This document shows positions 1 to 8,728 of a stretch of DNA of 32,000 bases, piece by piece. Origin of the DNA: an uncultured archaeon (GTDB lineage: Archaea; Asgardarchaeota; Thorarchaeia; Thorarchaeales; Thorarchaeaceae); assembly GCA_964354495.1 (NCBI GenBank), contig CAYHAA010000006.1:120001-152000 (forward strand). The letters are read 5' to 3'. A model generated the notes under the pieces. The model ran no database searches. It was not told the origin of the DNA and worked only from the letters and a program-made list of their open reading frames with translations. The stretch's first letter is position 1, and each line of letters opens with the position of its first letter. A program made the position numbers and the translations under genes.

Positions 1-1
1 G

Positions 2-523
2 ATGGAACATGGTGACATAACGGACAAGACAGTATGCGATCTGGGGTGCGGAAACGGCATATTTGCTCTTGGAGCCGCCCTTCTCAATGCTGATAGAGTA
101 ATCGGAGTTGATGTACAAAGCAAAGCCTTAAAGGCGTCACAAATGAACTCACGAATGCTCGGGATAGAAGACACTGTAGACTGGGTACTAGGGGATGTTT
201 CCTCTTTTCAGCTACGTTGTCTTGTCGACACTGTGGTCAGTAATCCTCCGTTTGGTGTAAAGAAAAGAGGTGCTGACCTGAGGTTCCTCCAAAAGGCAAT
301 CTCAATTGCCGATGTGTCCTATAGCATTCACCTTGCTGGTGACAAGAACAGAGTCTTCCTAAAAAACGAAGTCGAGAAGCTTGGTGCAAGTGTGACACAA
401 ATCGAAACATTCCAATTTCCAATCGGTAAATTGTTCGATTATCATAGGAAAAGCGTGCATATGATTAATGTAGATCTCTATCGTATATGTTCAAAAGAGT
501 GTGAACCGAATGGCCGATGTTAA
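2..523 (+). CDS. METTL5/COG2263-family SAM-dependent RNA methyltransferase, probably 5'-truncated by the window edge
   Basis: SAM motif DLGCGNG and amino-methyltransferase motif NPPFG. Sits directly before csl4-rpoL, a conserved archaeal arrangement. Confidence 0.88.
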   Translation: MEHGDITDKTVCDLGCGNGIFALGAALLNADRVIGVDVQSKALKASQMNSRMLGIEDTVDWVLGDVSSFQLRCLVDTVVSNPPFGVKKRGADLRFLQKAISIADVSYSIHLAGDKNRVFLKNEVEKLGASVTQIETFQFPIGKLFDYHRKSVHMINVDLYRICSKECEPNGRC

Positions 524-1277
524 GAGCGGTGATATTGTAGTACCCGGAGACCAGCTATGTGTGATTGAAGAGCTGAGCCCCAGTTATGGCACCTATGAAC
601 AGGATGGCATCGTCTATGCTGCTGCGCCAGGTGCAGTATCCATGGACCTCAAGGAGCGAGTCATCAAGGTTCTCCAAACAGATGGGAAGATGAAGTTGGC
701 GCTCCCTGTCAAGGGCGACATTCTGATGGGTGAAGTCATCAATGCCTATGAGCAACGGGCAGAGATTGCCATTGTGCGCAGGAACGGTAAGGACTTTCAC
801 AGTGGCCTAATAGGTGAGATTCATATCAGCAACGTCACTCGTCGTTTCGTGAAGAGTATGCATGATGTACTGAGGGTGAGCGACATCGTACGTGCTGTAT
901 CATTGAACACACATGAGATACCCACAATTCTGAGCGTAGTCGGGCCAGAACTAGGAGTAGTCTTCTCTAGATGTTCCAGATGTGGCAACCCCTTGACCCT
1001 TACAACACTCAATAATCTGTTCTGCCTGAGGTGTGAGAACAGAGAAACACGAGAAGTCGCTAATGACTATGGCCAGAACTATGGGCTTGAAGCAAGACCT
1101 GATCTAGCACCCCGACAAAGGTCCTATGACAATCGAGACTATGACCGAGGTGACCGTCGTGGTGGCAGGCGCTTTGAAGGCGGCCGTCGTGAAAGGGATG
1201 GAGACAGACGTTTTAGTGACAGGAGACCGGAGAGGCCTAGCCGAAGAGAAAGTGACAGCAGGAGGCGCCGTGATTGA
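510..1277 (+). CDS. csl4: Exosome RNA-binding subunit Csl4 with an Arg/Asp/Gly-rich C-terminal tail
   Basis: N-terminal VVPGD..L...EE..P..GTYE, S1 domain (GDILMGEV...IHISNV), Zn ribbon CSRC..CLRC. Start placed at ATG 510. Confidence 0.93.
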   Translation: MADVKSGDIVVPGDQLCVIEELSPSYGTYEQDGIVYAAAPGAVSMDLKERVIKVLQTDGKMKLALPVKGDILMGEVINAYEQRAEIAIVRRNGKDFHSGLIGEIHISNVTRRFVKSMHDVLRVSDIVRAVSLNTHEIPTILSVVGPELGVVFSRCSRCGNPLTLTTLNNLFCLRCENRETREVANDYGQNYGLEARPDLAPRQRSYDNRDYDRGDRRGGRRFEGGRRERDGDRRFSDRRPERPSRRESDSRRRRD

Positions 1278-1564
1278 AACCAAGAACAATAGAGAATACA
1301 AAGTTTGAGATGATCTTTGAAATTGGCGGAGAAGGGCATTCATTTCCTAATCTGCTACGTAAGACCCTTCTCGAAGAACCAGCTGTAGAGTTCGCAGGCT
1401 ACAATATAGAACATCCATTACTAGCTAGTCCGGTTGTCACTCTAAGGACACAACGGCGTCAGGCAAATGTCGTCCTTCGCGAGGCTCTTGAGAAGATGCT
1501 TGCTCGCACAGAGGAATTTCGAAAGAAGTTCAATCAGGCAATGTCTGATCATAGTACTGAATAG
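1274..1564 (+). CDS. rpoL: RNA polymerase subunit L (Rpo11)
   Basis: GEGHSFPNLLR...FAGYNIEHPL signature. TTG start overlaps the csl4 stop and has GGAGG upstream. Confidence 0.95.
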   Translation: MKPRTIENTKFEMIFEIGGEGHSFPNLLRKTLLEEPAVEFAGYNIEHPLLASPVVTLRTQRRQANVVLREALEKMLARTEEFRKKFNQAMSDHSTE

Positions 1565-1594
1565 AGATCAATCAGCCATACAGGTGAGTCCCAA

Positions 1595-2005
1595 ATGTGG
1601 GAATCCTTCGTTCAGCATACGAGCATCGAGCAAATCGTGAATGATAAGGGACTTGCAAAAGTGGGCGACAATCTAGTGAACCTGTGTTATTCACTGGCCA
1701 AGTCCTTAGTGCTTGGGCACACGACTGGTGAGAAAGTTCGAGACAGTATACTTGCACGTGCAATACGTGGAACATCAGTATATCAGCACATGAACAGGCG
1801 AAGCGATGTTGGAAGAGCTGCGGATGCTTACGAAGCCATCATGGCATACCTGTGGATGACTAATAAGACGACAATCTTTGCTATGGTTGAATCCCTTGCG
1901 AGTTTCCTTGATATCGATAGCAGCACCAGTCGAGTAAAAGAAGGTGAGCGTGCTGCCATCTCCTTCCAGCATCTCTTGGAACAGAACATCGCACATCTTC
2001 CATAG
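1595..2005 (+). CDS. Archaeal ribonuclease III-like protein (Ribonucleas_3_2-type, no dsRBD)
   Basis: LAKVGDNLVNL and ADAYEAIMAYLW resemble the two RNase III signature helices. Position between rpoL and tfs is typical. Confidence 0.78.
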   Translation: MWESFVQHTSIEQIVNDKGLAKVGDNLVNLCYSLAKSLVLGHTTGEKVRDSILARAIRGTSVYQHMNRRSDVGRAADAYEAIMAYLWMTNKTTIFAMVESLASFLDIDSSTSRVKEGERAAISFQHLLEQNIAHLP

Positions 2006-2086
2006 TGCAATCACACTCACCAATGACCCAGTCAAAACGCTTAATTGACAACTGCATACAGCCGCTCTGAAGTGGTGTGCAGTACC

Positions 2087-2416
2087 ATGGAGTTCTGTGA
2101 CAAATGCGGTGCCATGATGGTAGTCTTTACGCAAGATGATGGTAGTAAGGTCCTGAGATGTCGAAGTTGTCAACACACCAAGAAAATCAAGGGTGAGATG
2201 AGAGTATCTCAGAACATTGAGAGGAGTCCGCATGACAAGATCGTTGTTGTTGAGGATGACTCCATTCCTATGCCTGTCACAAAAGCCATTTGCCCTAAGT
2301 GCGGTAACACCGATGCATACTACTGGACACTGCAGACACGCCGTGGTGATGAGGGTGCAACTGAGTTCTATAGGTGCACCAGCTGCAAACATACATGGCG
2401 CTACTATGGTGGATAA
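2087..2416 (+). CDS. tfs: Transcription factor S (TFS/RpoM)
   Basis: N-terminal FCDKCG..CRSC and C-terminal CPKC..QTRRGDE..FYRCTSC Zn ribbons, with the catalytic DE dipeptide retained. Start moved to ATG 2087 (MEFC). Confidence 0.95.
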   Translation: MEFCDKCGAMMVVFTQDDGSKVLRCRSCQHTKKIKGEMRVSQNIERSPHDKIVVVEDDSIPMPVTKAICPKCGNTDAYYWTLQTRRGDEGATEFYRCTSCKHTWRYYGG

Positions 2417-2440
2417 ACAACCACCGCAAGAAGTAACACA

Positions 2441-2447
2441 TTTATAG
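2441..2447 (+). promoter_or_regulatory. Candidate TATA box for the RPA3-PCNA unit
   Basis: TTTATAG in the only sizeable intergenic gap of the operon, preceded by an A-rich tract. Confidence 0.4.
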
Positions 2448-2520
2448 CCTCGCTTATGGTTCAGTCAGAGGATAGTTGGTAGTCCCCACTGCCTAGGACA
2501 ATGAATAGGGCGCTTGTGAC

Positions 2521-2892
2521 TTGACAGAGGAGAAGAAGTTCATCCGAAAGAAACCATCACGACTCACAACTATTCGTGAGATTTCCCACTCATCTCGTGG
2601 ACCTGTCAGAGTACTGGGAATTGTTGTCGATTCCAGCCCTGGTTCAGCCCTTGTACAGGACCTCTATGATGAGGATGTCAAAAAAGCAGGAAGTATATGG
2701 GTCAGCGTAGAGGGAACTTTTGAGCTTAAGAAGAAGTATCTCATCATTGGTGAATTGACCGAGAAGACTGATGGTCAAAGCAAAATACCATGGTTGAATG
2801 CGACACTTGTGCATGATATAGATGCGCTCGATATTGCTCTGTATAAGGAAGTTTTAGACTTTGAGGGGAAGGTAACCAAAACAATGAGTTGA
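2521..2892 (+). CDS. Replication protein A small subunit (RPA14/Rpa3)-like OB-fold protein
   Basis: RKKP..TIREI, VRVLGIVV, LIIGEL and a C-terminal helix A..VHDI..LD..LYKEV match the pattern I recall for Thermococcales Rpa3 and eukaryotic RPA14. Size (123 aa) also fits. Confidence 0.65.
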   Translation: MTEEKKFIRKKPSRLTTIREISHSSRGPVRVLGIVVDSSPGSALVQDLYDEDVKKAGSIWVSVEGTFELKKKYLIIGELTEKTDGQSKIPWLNATLVHDIDALDIALYKEVLDFEGKVTKTMS

Positions 2893-2902
2893 TGGAGGAA
2901 TC

Positions 2903-3658
2903 ATGATGTTTCATGCAACACTTGATAGCACAAAGATATGGAAACAGATTGTAGACGCGCTTGCTACACTACTCACTGAGATTCATTTTATTGTATCTGA
3001 AGGTGGACTCACGTTGACGCAGTATGACTCTTCCAGAGCTGCTATGGTCTATCTCTTTCTACCAAACAGTGTCTTCCAGGAGTATGTCTGCACTGGGGAG
3101 TACAATATTTGTCTTGGCGTTGATGAGCTTGTGAAAGTGAGCAGACGCATGGCTGGAGATGACCGGTTGGAGTTTGATCTGGACGAAAACGAGAAACGCC
3201 TCAAGATTCGAATGATTGGCCAGGTTGAGCGAACCTTCAGACTCCAACTCCTTACGCCACCGGAGGAACGAATCCAAAGCCTGAATCCTGGCTTTGAGGT
3301 TCGCGCAGAGCTGCTCTCAGACAGTTTTAAGCAGGCTGTGAGGGACATAGGGGTGGTTTCAAACCACCTGCGTGTGACAGCAACAAGTGACTCATTGACG
3401 TTTACTGGGGCAGGCGATACTGGAGAAGCTGAGGTTCTTCTCAAGTTGGGTGATAACTCACCACTCCATCGCCTAAGTGTCAACGACAGAGCATCATCGA
3501 CGTATGCACTCAGTTACCTGACCGAAATAAGTAAGGCCATCTCTAGTGATAGTCTGACTCTGCAGATGACAGAGGACAAACCTCTCGTACTTGAGTTTGC
3601 TATTGCGGAGAATGGAGAGATGCGGTTCCTTCTTGCTCCACGAGTCGAACGGAGATGA
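2903..3658 (+). CDS. pcn: DNA sliding clamp PCNA, paralog 1
   Basis: About 250 aa with D.SRAAMV.L.LP, KP..LEF and F.LAPR motifs. GGAGG RBS upstream. Confidence 0.95.
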   Translation: MMFHATLDSTKIWKQIVDALATLLTEIHFIVSEGGLTLTQYDSSRAAMVYLFLPNSVFQEYVCTGEYNICLGVDELVKVSRRMAGDDRLEFDLDENEKRLKIRMIGQVERTFRLQLLTPPEERIQSLNPGFEVRAELLSDSFKQAVRDIGVVSNHLRVTATSDSLTFTGAGDTGEAEVLLKLGDNSPLHRLSVNDRASSTYALSYLTEISKAISSDSLTLQMTEDKPLVLEFAIAENGEMRFLLAPRVERR

Positions 3659-3790
3659 TAGACCCGGTTTTCGATAATATACTGGCACCAGTTTCTTCCG
3701 AGAAGTACATTTTAATGGCTATGGATACTGCTAATATCTGACGAAACGAGGTCTAGTCAAAGGTCTCTCATGCAACTGGAGGAAAAGAAT

Positions 3791-4543
3791 GTGTTCCACG
3801 CAACCTTGGACAGTACGAAAACCTGGAAGCAGATAGTTGATGTCTTAGCGACTCTTCTCACTGAGGCACATCTTCGAGTTTCTGAGTCCGGAATGACGCT
3901 ACGCCAGCTAGACTCATCCAAAGCAGCAATGGTCGATCTGAATCTCCCATCTGCTGTCTTTCAGGAGTATGCATGTAAGGGAGAACATGACATCTGCTTG
4001 GGGATTGATGAGCTTACCAGAGTGAGCAAGCGAATGGGCGGAGATGAACGCCTAGAGTTCAATCTCAATGAGAATCGACTAGAGATTAAGATGATTGGTC
4101 AGGCAGAACGAGAGTTCAGGCTTCAACTTCTCACTCCTCCAGACAGTCAGACCAACAAACCAAGTATGACTTTTGAAGTCAAGGCTGAAATGTACGCTGA
4201 TGCATTCAAACAGGCAATCAAGGACATAGGCGTGGTTTCAAGCCATGTGAAAATTCTCGCCGAGAAGAACATGCTCACCTTCTCGGGAGAGGGTGATACT
4301 GGTGAGGCACGAGTCACTCTTTCAACTGAGGGCGAAGATCCAGCTCTCTTTCAATTGAAGGTCGGAAGTGGGCAAACTGCTGCCATGTACGCGCTTAATT
4401 ATCTCTCTGAGATATCAAAAGCTATTCCAAGTGATAGCATAGTCCTCCAGCTCACTGCGAACAAGCCAATGATGCTGGAGTTCACAATAGCCGAGGCTGG
4501 CAGTATCAGCTTCATCTTAGCACCACGTGTTGAACGTAGATAG
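3791..4543 (+). CDS. pcn: DNA sliding clamp PCNA, paralog 2
   Basis: About 60% identical to paralog 1 by manual alignment. Start placed at GTG 3791 behind GGAGG, giving the same MFHATLDSTK N-terminus. Confidence 0.95.
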   Translation: MFHATLDSTKTWKQIVDVLATLLTEAHLRVSESGMTLRQLDSSKAAMVDLNLPSAVFQEYACKGEHDICLGIDELTRVSKRMGGDERLEFNLNENRLEIKMIGQAEREFRLQLLTPPDSQTNKPSMTFEVKAEMYADAFKQAIKDIGVVSSHVKILAEKNMLTFSGEGDTGEARVTLSTEGEDPALFQLKVGSGQTAAMYALNYLSEISKAIPSDSIVLQLTANKPMMLEFTIAEAGSISFILAPRVERR

Positions 4544-4662
4544 ACTTACCTGCCTATCCCACTACAGGACGTGAGTCACCTACGAAAAACACCAACCCGT
4601 CCACATTTCATTGGCTCTCATAGCAGAAACATAAAAGTCCACAAGGGGAATGGTCTTCTCCG

Positions 4663-6057
4663 ATGTCAAAAAGCACTCATGGAATGACAACAACAATCAT
4701 GAAGCTAAGGCTTCTTTTCCACGAGTATTACTTAGAGGGCCCTCAATCCTTAGACGTACCAGAGCGAATCAACGCTCGAGAGTTTGCTCTGCAGACTTGG
4801 GAGCATAACTGGCACTGCATGGAACGAAGAAGTAAAGATGACTCGGGCAAAGAAACCCGAATCGGCTGCGGGAAATCAGGAAAGTCTTTCCAGCCTCTGA
4901 AGGAGTGTCCGAACTGCGGATCGGGAGAGGTCAAATCCACCAGTTGGATTCGGCATGTTGGTTACCGCTCTCAAGATGAGCTCCTGGCAGGTCTGACCAA
5001 CTCCGCGCCTCAGAGTGTGTACCATTCTGCAGCATTCTATGGAGTTCCAATTGCAACACACATGCATGAAAAGGAGTGGCAGGGCGCGGAGCTAGTCTTC
5101 GATATAGACGCAGACCACTTGGACCTGAAATGTGCAAATGACCATGATGCTTGGCGGTGCAATAACGTTGACTGCCATAAGACAGGAACTGGAGCTGCAC
5201 CGGAAACGTGCCCGGTCTGCGGAAACAGCAGTTTCAATACGAGGAAATGGATTTGCGATAAATGCCTCAATGAAGCACGAAGGTATACCAAAAAGCTCTA
5301 TGACGACTTCTTGGTTGGGGACTTCGGATTTGACCCAGGGAAAATCCAGCTCAATTACAGTGGACATAGAGGCTACCACGTGCGAGTTCGTGATTCTCAA
5401 GTATATGCATTGGACTCCAATGCGCGCGTAGAGATAGTCCACTATGTAATGGGCCTCGGATTCAAAAACGATAAGGCCAAGGCCATAGTCACTGAGCATA
5501 ACGTTGAATTGATACCAGGCCGTGATGTCCCTGGCTGGACTGGACGGGTTGCTGATGCTATGATTGAGTTCATCCAAACCATTGACGCTTACTCGGGTAC
5601 AGAGAAATGGGTCTCTGCCCTGAAGGATCATAGGGTTGATGCAGTGGATGGCCTTAAACGAGGTAGACCAGTTCTGAGCAAGAACGTGAAGGGAGTTGGT
5701 GTCAAGTATTGGCAGGAGATTGCAGAGAAGGCGGTTGAGCGCTATGGTAGTAAGATCGACAGACCAGTCACTCATGATATTCATAGAGTCATTCGTCTCA
5801 TTGGGAGTCTAAATGGAAAGACTGGCTTGGTCGCATCTTTACTCACACGCGACAAACTTGACGATTTTGATCCATTCAGCGAATCAATTGCTTTCAATCA
5901 GGGCACCATGAAGGTCGTGTTTCATAAAGGGTCACGTGTTCCCTCGTTCAAGATTGCCAGCGAAGTCTACGGTCCATTCACAGAGGAAGAACCCGTGGAG
6001 TTGCCCATGGCTGCAGCAGTGTTTGTACTCTGTAAGGGGGTTGCATCGATTGAGTGA
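4663..6057 (+). CDS. priS: DNA primase small (catalytic) subunit with two Zn-ribbon insertions
   Basis: REFA, IRH, ELVFDIDAD, YSGHRGYH and IDRPVTHDIHRVIRL motifs. pcn-priS-gins synteny. Confidence 0.95.
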   Translation: MSKSTHGMTTTIMKLRLLFHEYYLEGPQSLDVPERINAREFALQTWEHNWHCMERRSKDDSGKETRIGCGKSGKSFQPLKECPNCGSGEVKSTSWIRHVGYRSQDELLAGLTNSAPQSVYHSAAFYGVPIATHMHEKEWQGAELVFDIDADHLDLKCANDHDAWRCNNVDCHKTGTGAAPETCPVCGNSSFNTRKWICDKCLNEARRYTKKLYDDFLVGDFGFDPGKIQLNYSGHRGYHVRVRDSQVYALDSNARVEIVHYVMGLGFKNDKAKAIVTEHNVELIPGRDVPGWTGRVADAMIEFIQTIDAYSGTEKWVSALKDHRVDAVDGLKRGRPVLSKNVKGVGVKYWQEIAEKAVERYGSKIDRPVTHDIHRVIRLIGSLNGKTGLVASLLTRDKLDDFDPFSESIAFNQGTMKVVFHKGSRVPSFKIASEVYGPFTEEEPVELPMAAAVFVLCKGVASIE

Positions 6058-6058
6058 T

Positions 6059-6697
6059 ATGAATTACAACGGTATCAAGAGCGCTTGGGAAGATGAAACA
6101 GAGAAGGAAGCGCTCCAAGATCTGGCGGATCTTCGACTCAGCAAGATGATTCAATATCTCTCTAGTGTCCGTCTATCACTAGCAGCAACCAGTGCCGATG
6201 AACCCCTTCAAGCGGACATACTGACCCAAGAGGCACTGAATCTAGAGTTTATGCTCGAAGATCTACTGGCACTTCGTAGAGATAAGATTGTGAAATCGGC
6301 ACTTGCCGGACGGCGTCCGACAGGCGATATGACCCTTACTGAGGAAGAGCTCTATAATAGGGCTCAGCGTGCATTTGATGGTCATTCAGAGTTCATGAAG
6401 GAATCGCTCACAGGATTGGTTTCATCTCAACCAAAGGCCAGGTCGAAAAAGGACAAGGAAGACAGGGAGGGAACCGAGGCAGTTTCAGTCAAGGCGCCTG
6501 ACGAGATGGACTATGTTGTCGTGAGATTTCTCCGACCCATTGATGATGCTTTCATGGGACTTGATGAACTGACGTATGGCCCATTCAAGAAAGAAGATGT
6601 TGCTACAATACCTACTGCGAATGCGAGAATCTGGTTACGTGATGGCACTGCTGCCCGTGTAGTGCTTGAGGATGGTGTCATAGCAGATGAAAAATGA
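6059..6697 (+). CDS. GINS complex subunit Gins51 (Gins15)
   Basis: Helical A domain plus C-terminal B domain VVVRFLRPI..FMG.D..TYGPF..EDV.TIP..NA. ATG lies 1 nt after the priS stop. Confidence 0.9.
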   Translation: MNYNGIKSAWEDETEKEALQDLADLRLSKMIQYLSSVRLSLAATSADEPLQADILTQEALNLEFMLEDLLALRRDKIVKSALAGRRPTGDMTLTEEELYNRAQRAFDGHSEFMKESLTGLVSSQPKARSKKDKEDREGTEAVSVKAPDEMDYVVVRFLRPIDDAFMGLDELTYGPFKKEDVATIPTANARIWLRDGTAARVVLEDGVIADEK

Positions 6698-6983
6698 GCA
6701 GGCCATTGATGAACTGAACGGCCTCCTCCAATTCTTGAATGAGCAACTGGATGAGATTAAGTCTCTCCATAAGAAATTCCTAGTTGCTCTTACAGGAGTT
6801 CTCAGACTAGCAAACGATGATGGCTCTTTATTGACAAAGCTCCACGGCGAACCAGAGAACCTTAGGTCCTACCTGATTCAGATGGCCATGAAAATATCTG
6901 ATACAACTACGCAATCATATGGGATTATTAGACAAAGAATCGAAACCATCATCGACTCAGCGCTCACAGACAGAAAGTCCTAA
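6687..6983 (+). CDS. Hypothetical all-helical protein (98 aa)
   Basis: Overlaps the end of gins51 by 11 nt and has amphipathic helical composition. No family recognised. Confidence 0.7.
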   Translation: MKNEQAIDELNGLLQFLNEQLDEIKSLHKKFLVALTGVLRLANDDGSLLTKLHGEPENLRSYLIQMAMKISDTTTQSYGIIRQRIETIIDSALTDRKS

Positions 6984-7008
6984 GAGCCAATGAGTTCAGA
7001 CACAATTC

Positions 7009-7200
7009 ATGCTCAGTCACCGAACACTCTTTCTGGTTATTGGATTCATCTGCATTGTACTTACCATAATCGGCGGTCTGATGTACCCTATGAATACAAT
7101 GAGCATCTTCGAGATCAGTGCCTATGTCTTGACCGTGTCCCTTGGTATAGTCGGTCTGCTGTTTCTCCTTCACCAAAGAGGCTTTGATGAATCCCTTTGA
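7009..7200 (+). CDS. Small two-TM membrane protein (63 aa)
   Basis: Two hydrophobic stretches (LFLVIGFICIVLTIIGGLM; ISAYVLTVSLGIVGLLFLL). Fills the gap on the operon strand. Confidence 0.55.
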   Translation: MLSHRTLFLVIGFICIVLTIIGGLMYPMNTMSIFEISAYVLTVSLGIVGLLFLLHQRGFDESL

Positions 7201-7235
7201 ATTGACTCTGCAGCCACTGTGTCATGTCTATAAAC

Positions 7236-7243
7236 TTTTAATA
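7236..7243 (+). promoter_or_regulatory. Candidate TATA box for the hdr cluster
   Basis: TTTTAATA preceded by TATAAAC, about 60 nt upstream of the hdrC ATG. Confidence 0.45.
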
Positions 7244-7304
7244 CAGGCTTCGAATGCGCACTGTAACTGGCGAAGTGATTCGTCGCATGCATGTGGTGTA
7301 CACC

Positions 7305-7847
7305 ATGGCTGAAACTGAAGAACGGACTGGTCCTCCTGTCACACTAATCGACCCCATTGATATGTCGAAACTGGACACAAAGTTTCGAGAGGAAATCAAA
7401 AGCATGCCAAATGGCGAGGAACTGTCGGCCTGTTTTGCGTGTTCGACTTGCACTGCTGCATGTCCAATTGCGAACATATGGAAATACAAGCCACATCAAT
7501 TGATCCGAATGATGCTTCTTGGGATGCGCGAAGAGGTTCTCATGTCCAATGAGATATGGCTCTGTCTGACATGTTACCAATGCCAAGAACGGTGCCCTCA
7601 GAAGGTCCGTGTGACTGACATCTTCTTCGATTGCAAGAACTTAGCTGCGGAACAAGGTAAGGTCCCGCCGAAGGTTGTCGCACTTGCCAAGGAACTGCTT
7701 ACTAAGGGCCAACTGTACTCAGTGACTGCAGACTGGGAACGAGAAGACATGGGTCTAGAACCTGCGGTTCCGGGTCTCTCAGTCGAAGCTGTGAAGACTA
7801 TCCTCGGGGGTACTCGAATTAGGAAGCTTGCGGGTGGTGAGCAATAA
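7305..7847 (+). CDS. hdrC: Heterodisulfide reductase subunit C
   Basis: CFACSTCTAACP and CLTCYQCQERCP [4Fe-4S] motifs and IWLC context. Start placed at ATG 7305 behind GGTG. Confidence 0.93.
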   Translation: MAETEERTGPPVTLIDPIDMSKLDTKFREEIKSMPNGEELSACFACSTCTAACPIANIWKYKPHQLIRMMLLGMREEVLMSNEIWLCLTCYQCQERCPQKVRVTDIFFDCKNLAAEQGKVPPKVVALAKELLTKGQLYSVTADWEREDMGLEPAVPGLSVEAVKTILGGTRIRKLAGGEQ

Positions 7848-7848
7848 G

Positions 7849-8715
7849 ATGCCCGTTTACAATCTTTACATCGGCTGCAGTGTCCCCGTGAACTATCCGA
7901 ATTATGAGGCTGCCATGCATAAAGTAGCTCAGGCTTTCGATATGGAACTTCTGTATATGGATGGAGTAGCGTGCTGTGGAAGTCCAAATCTGAGAGCTAT
8001 CGACCACCTGGGCTGGGTAACAGTCAATGCAAGGACCCTTGCAATTGCTGATAAGAATGGTCATGATATTGTCACCCCCTGCAATGGCTGCTTTGGGTCC
8101 CTAAAGGAGGTCTATCACCTTCTCAAGCATGATGACAAGCTCAGAAACAAGATTAACCAAGGCCTGAAGAAGGAAGGCCTTGAATTCAAGGGAACAACAA
8201 CACCGCGTCATTTCGTTGAAGCGCTCTATAATGATATTGGAATTGATGAAATCCGGAAGAAGATCACGAAGCCGCTGGATGGAGTAGGAATAGCGATACA
8301 TTATGGATGCCATCTTCTTCGTCCTGTGGATGTCACTGAGTTCAAGCCCGAATATCTTCAAGAACTCGTTGAAGTCACAGGCGCAACAGTAGTAGAGTAT
8401 CCATTATGGAAGCAGTGCTGCGGAGCCACCGTGCTACCAGTAGACGAATCTCTAGGAATACGGCTTGCTCGCGACAAGCTGAAATCCATGAAAGAGGCCG
8501 GCGCTGTCTTTGCGACCGTGGTATGTCCTGCGTGTGGCAATCAATTGGACCTACAACAGCTTGGCCTCAAGGAATCATATGGAGAGGAGTACAGTCTCCC
8601 TGTGTTGCTCTATCCCCAGATACTGGGGTTGGCAATTGGACTTGATGAAGAAGCAGTTGGTCTCAGCATGAATAGGGTTCCTGCTAATCCAATTCTGGAC
8701 CATCTAGGTAGCTGA
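7849..8715 (+). CDS. hdrB: Heterodisulfide reductase subunit B
   Basis: Two CCG domains with all expected ligands: GC, CCG, PCNGC, HYGCH, CCG, CPAC. ATG is 1 nt after the hdrC stop. Confidence 0.95.
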   Translation: MPVYNLYIGCSVPVNYPNYEAAMHKVAQAFDMELLYMDGVACCGSPNLRAIDHLGWVTVNARTLAIADKNGHDIVTPCNGCFGSLKEVYHLLKHDDKLRNKINQGLKKEGLEFKGTTTPRHFVEALYNDIGIDEIRKKITKPLDGVGIAIHYGCHLLRPVDVTEFKPEYLQELVEVTGATVVEYPLWKQCCGATVLPVDESLGIRLARDKLKSMKEAGAVFATVVCPACGNQLDLQQLGLKESYGEEYSLPVLLYPQILGLAIGLDEEAVGLSMNRVPANPILDHLGS

Positions 8716-8728
8716 GGTGTGATTCATT

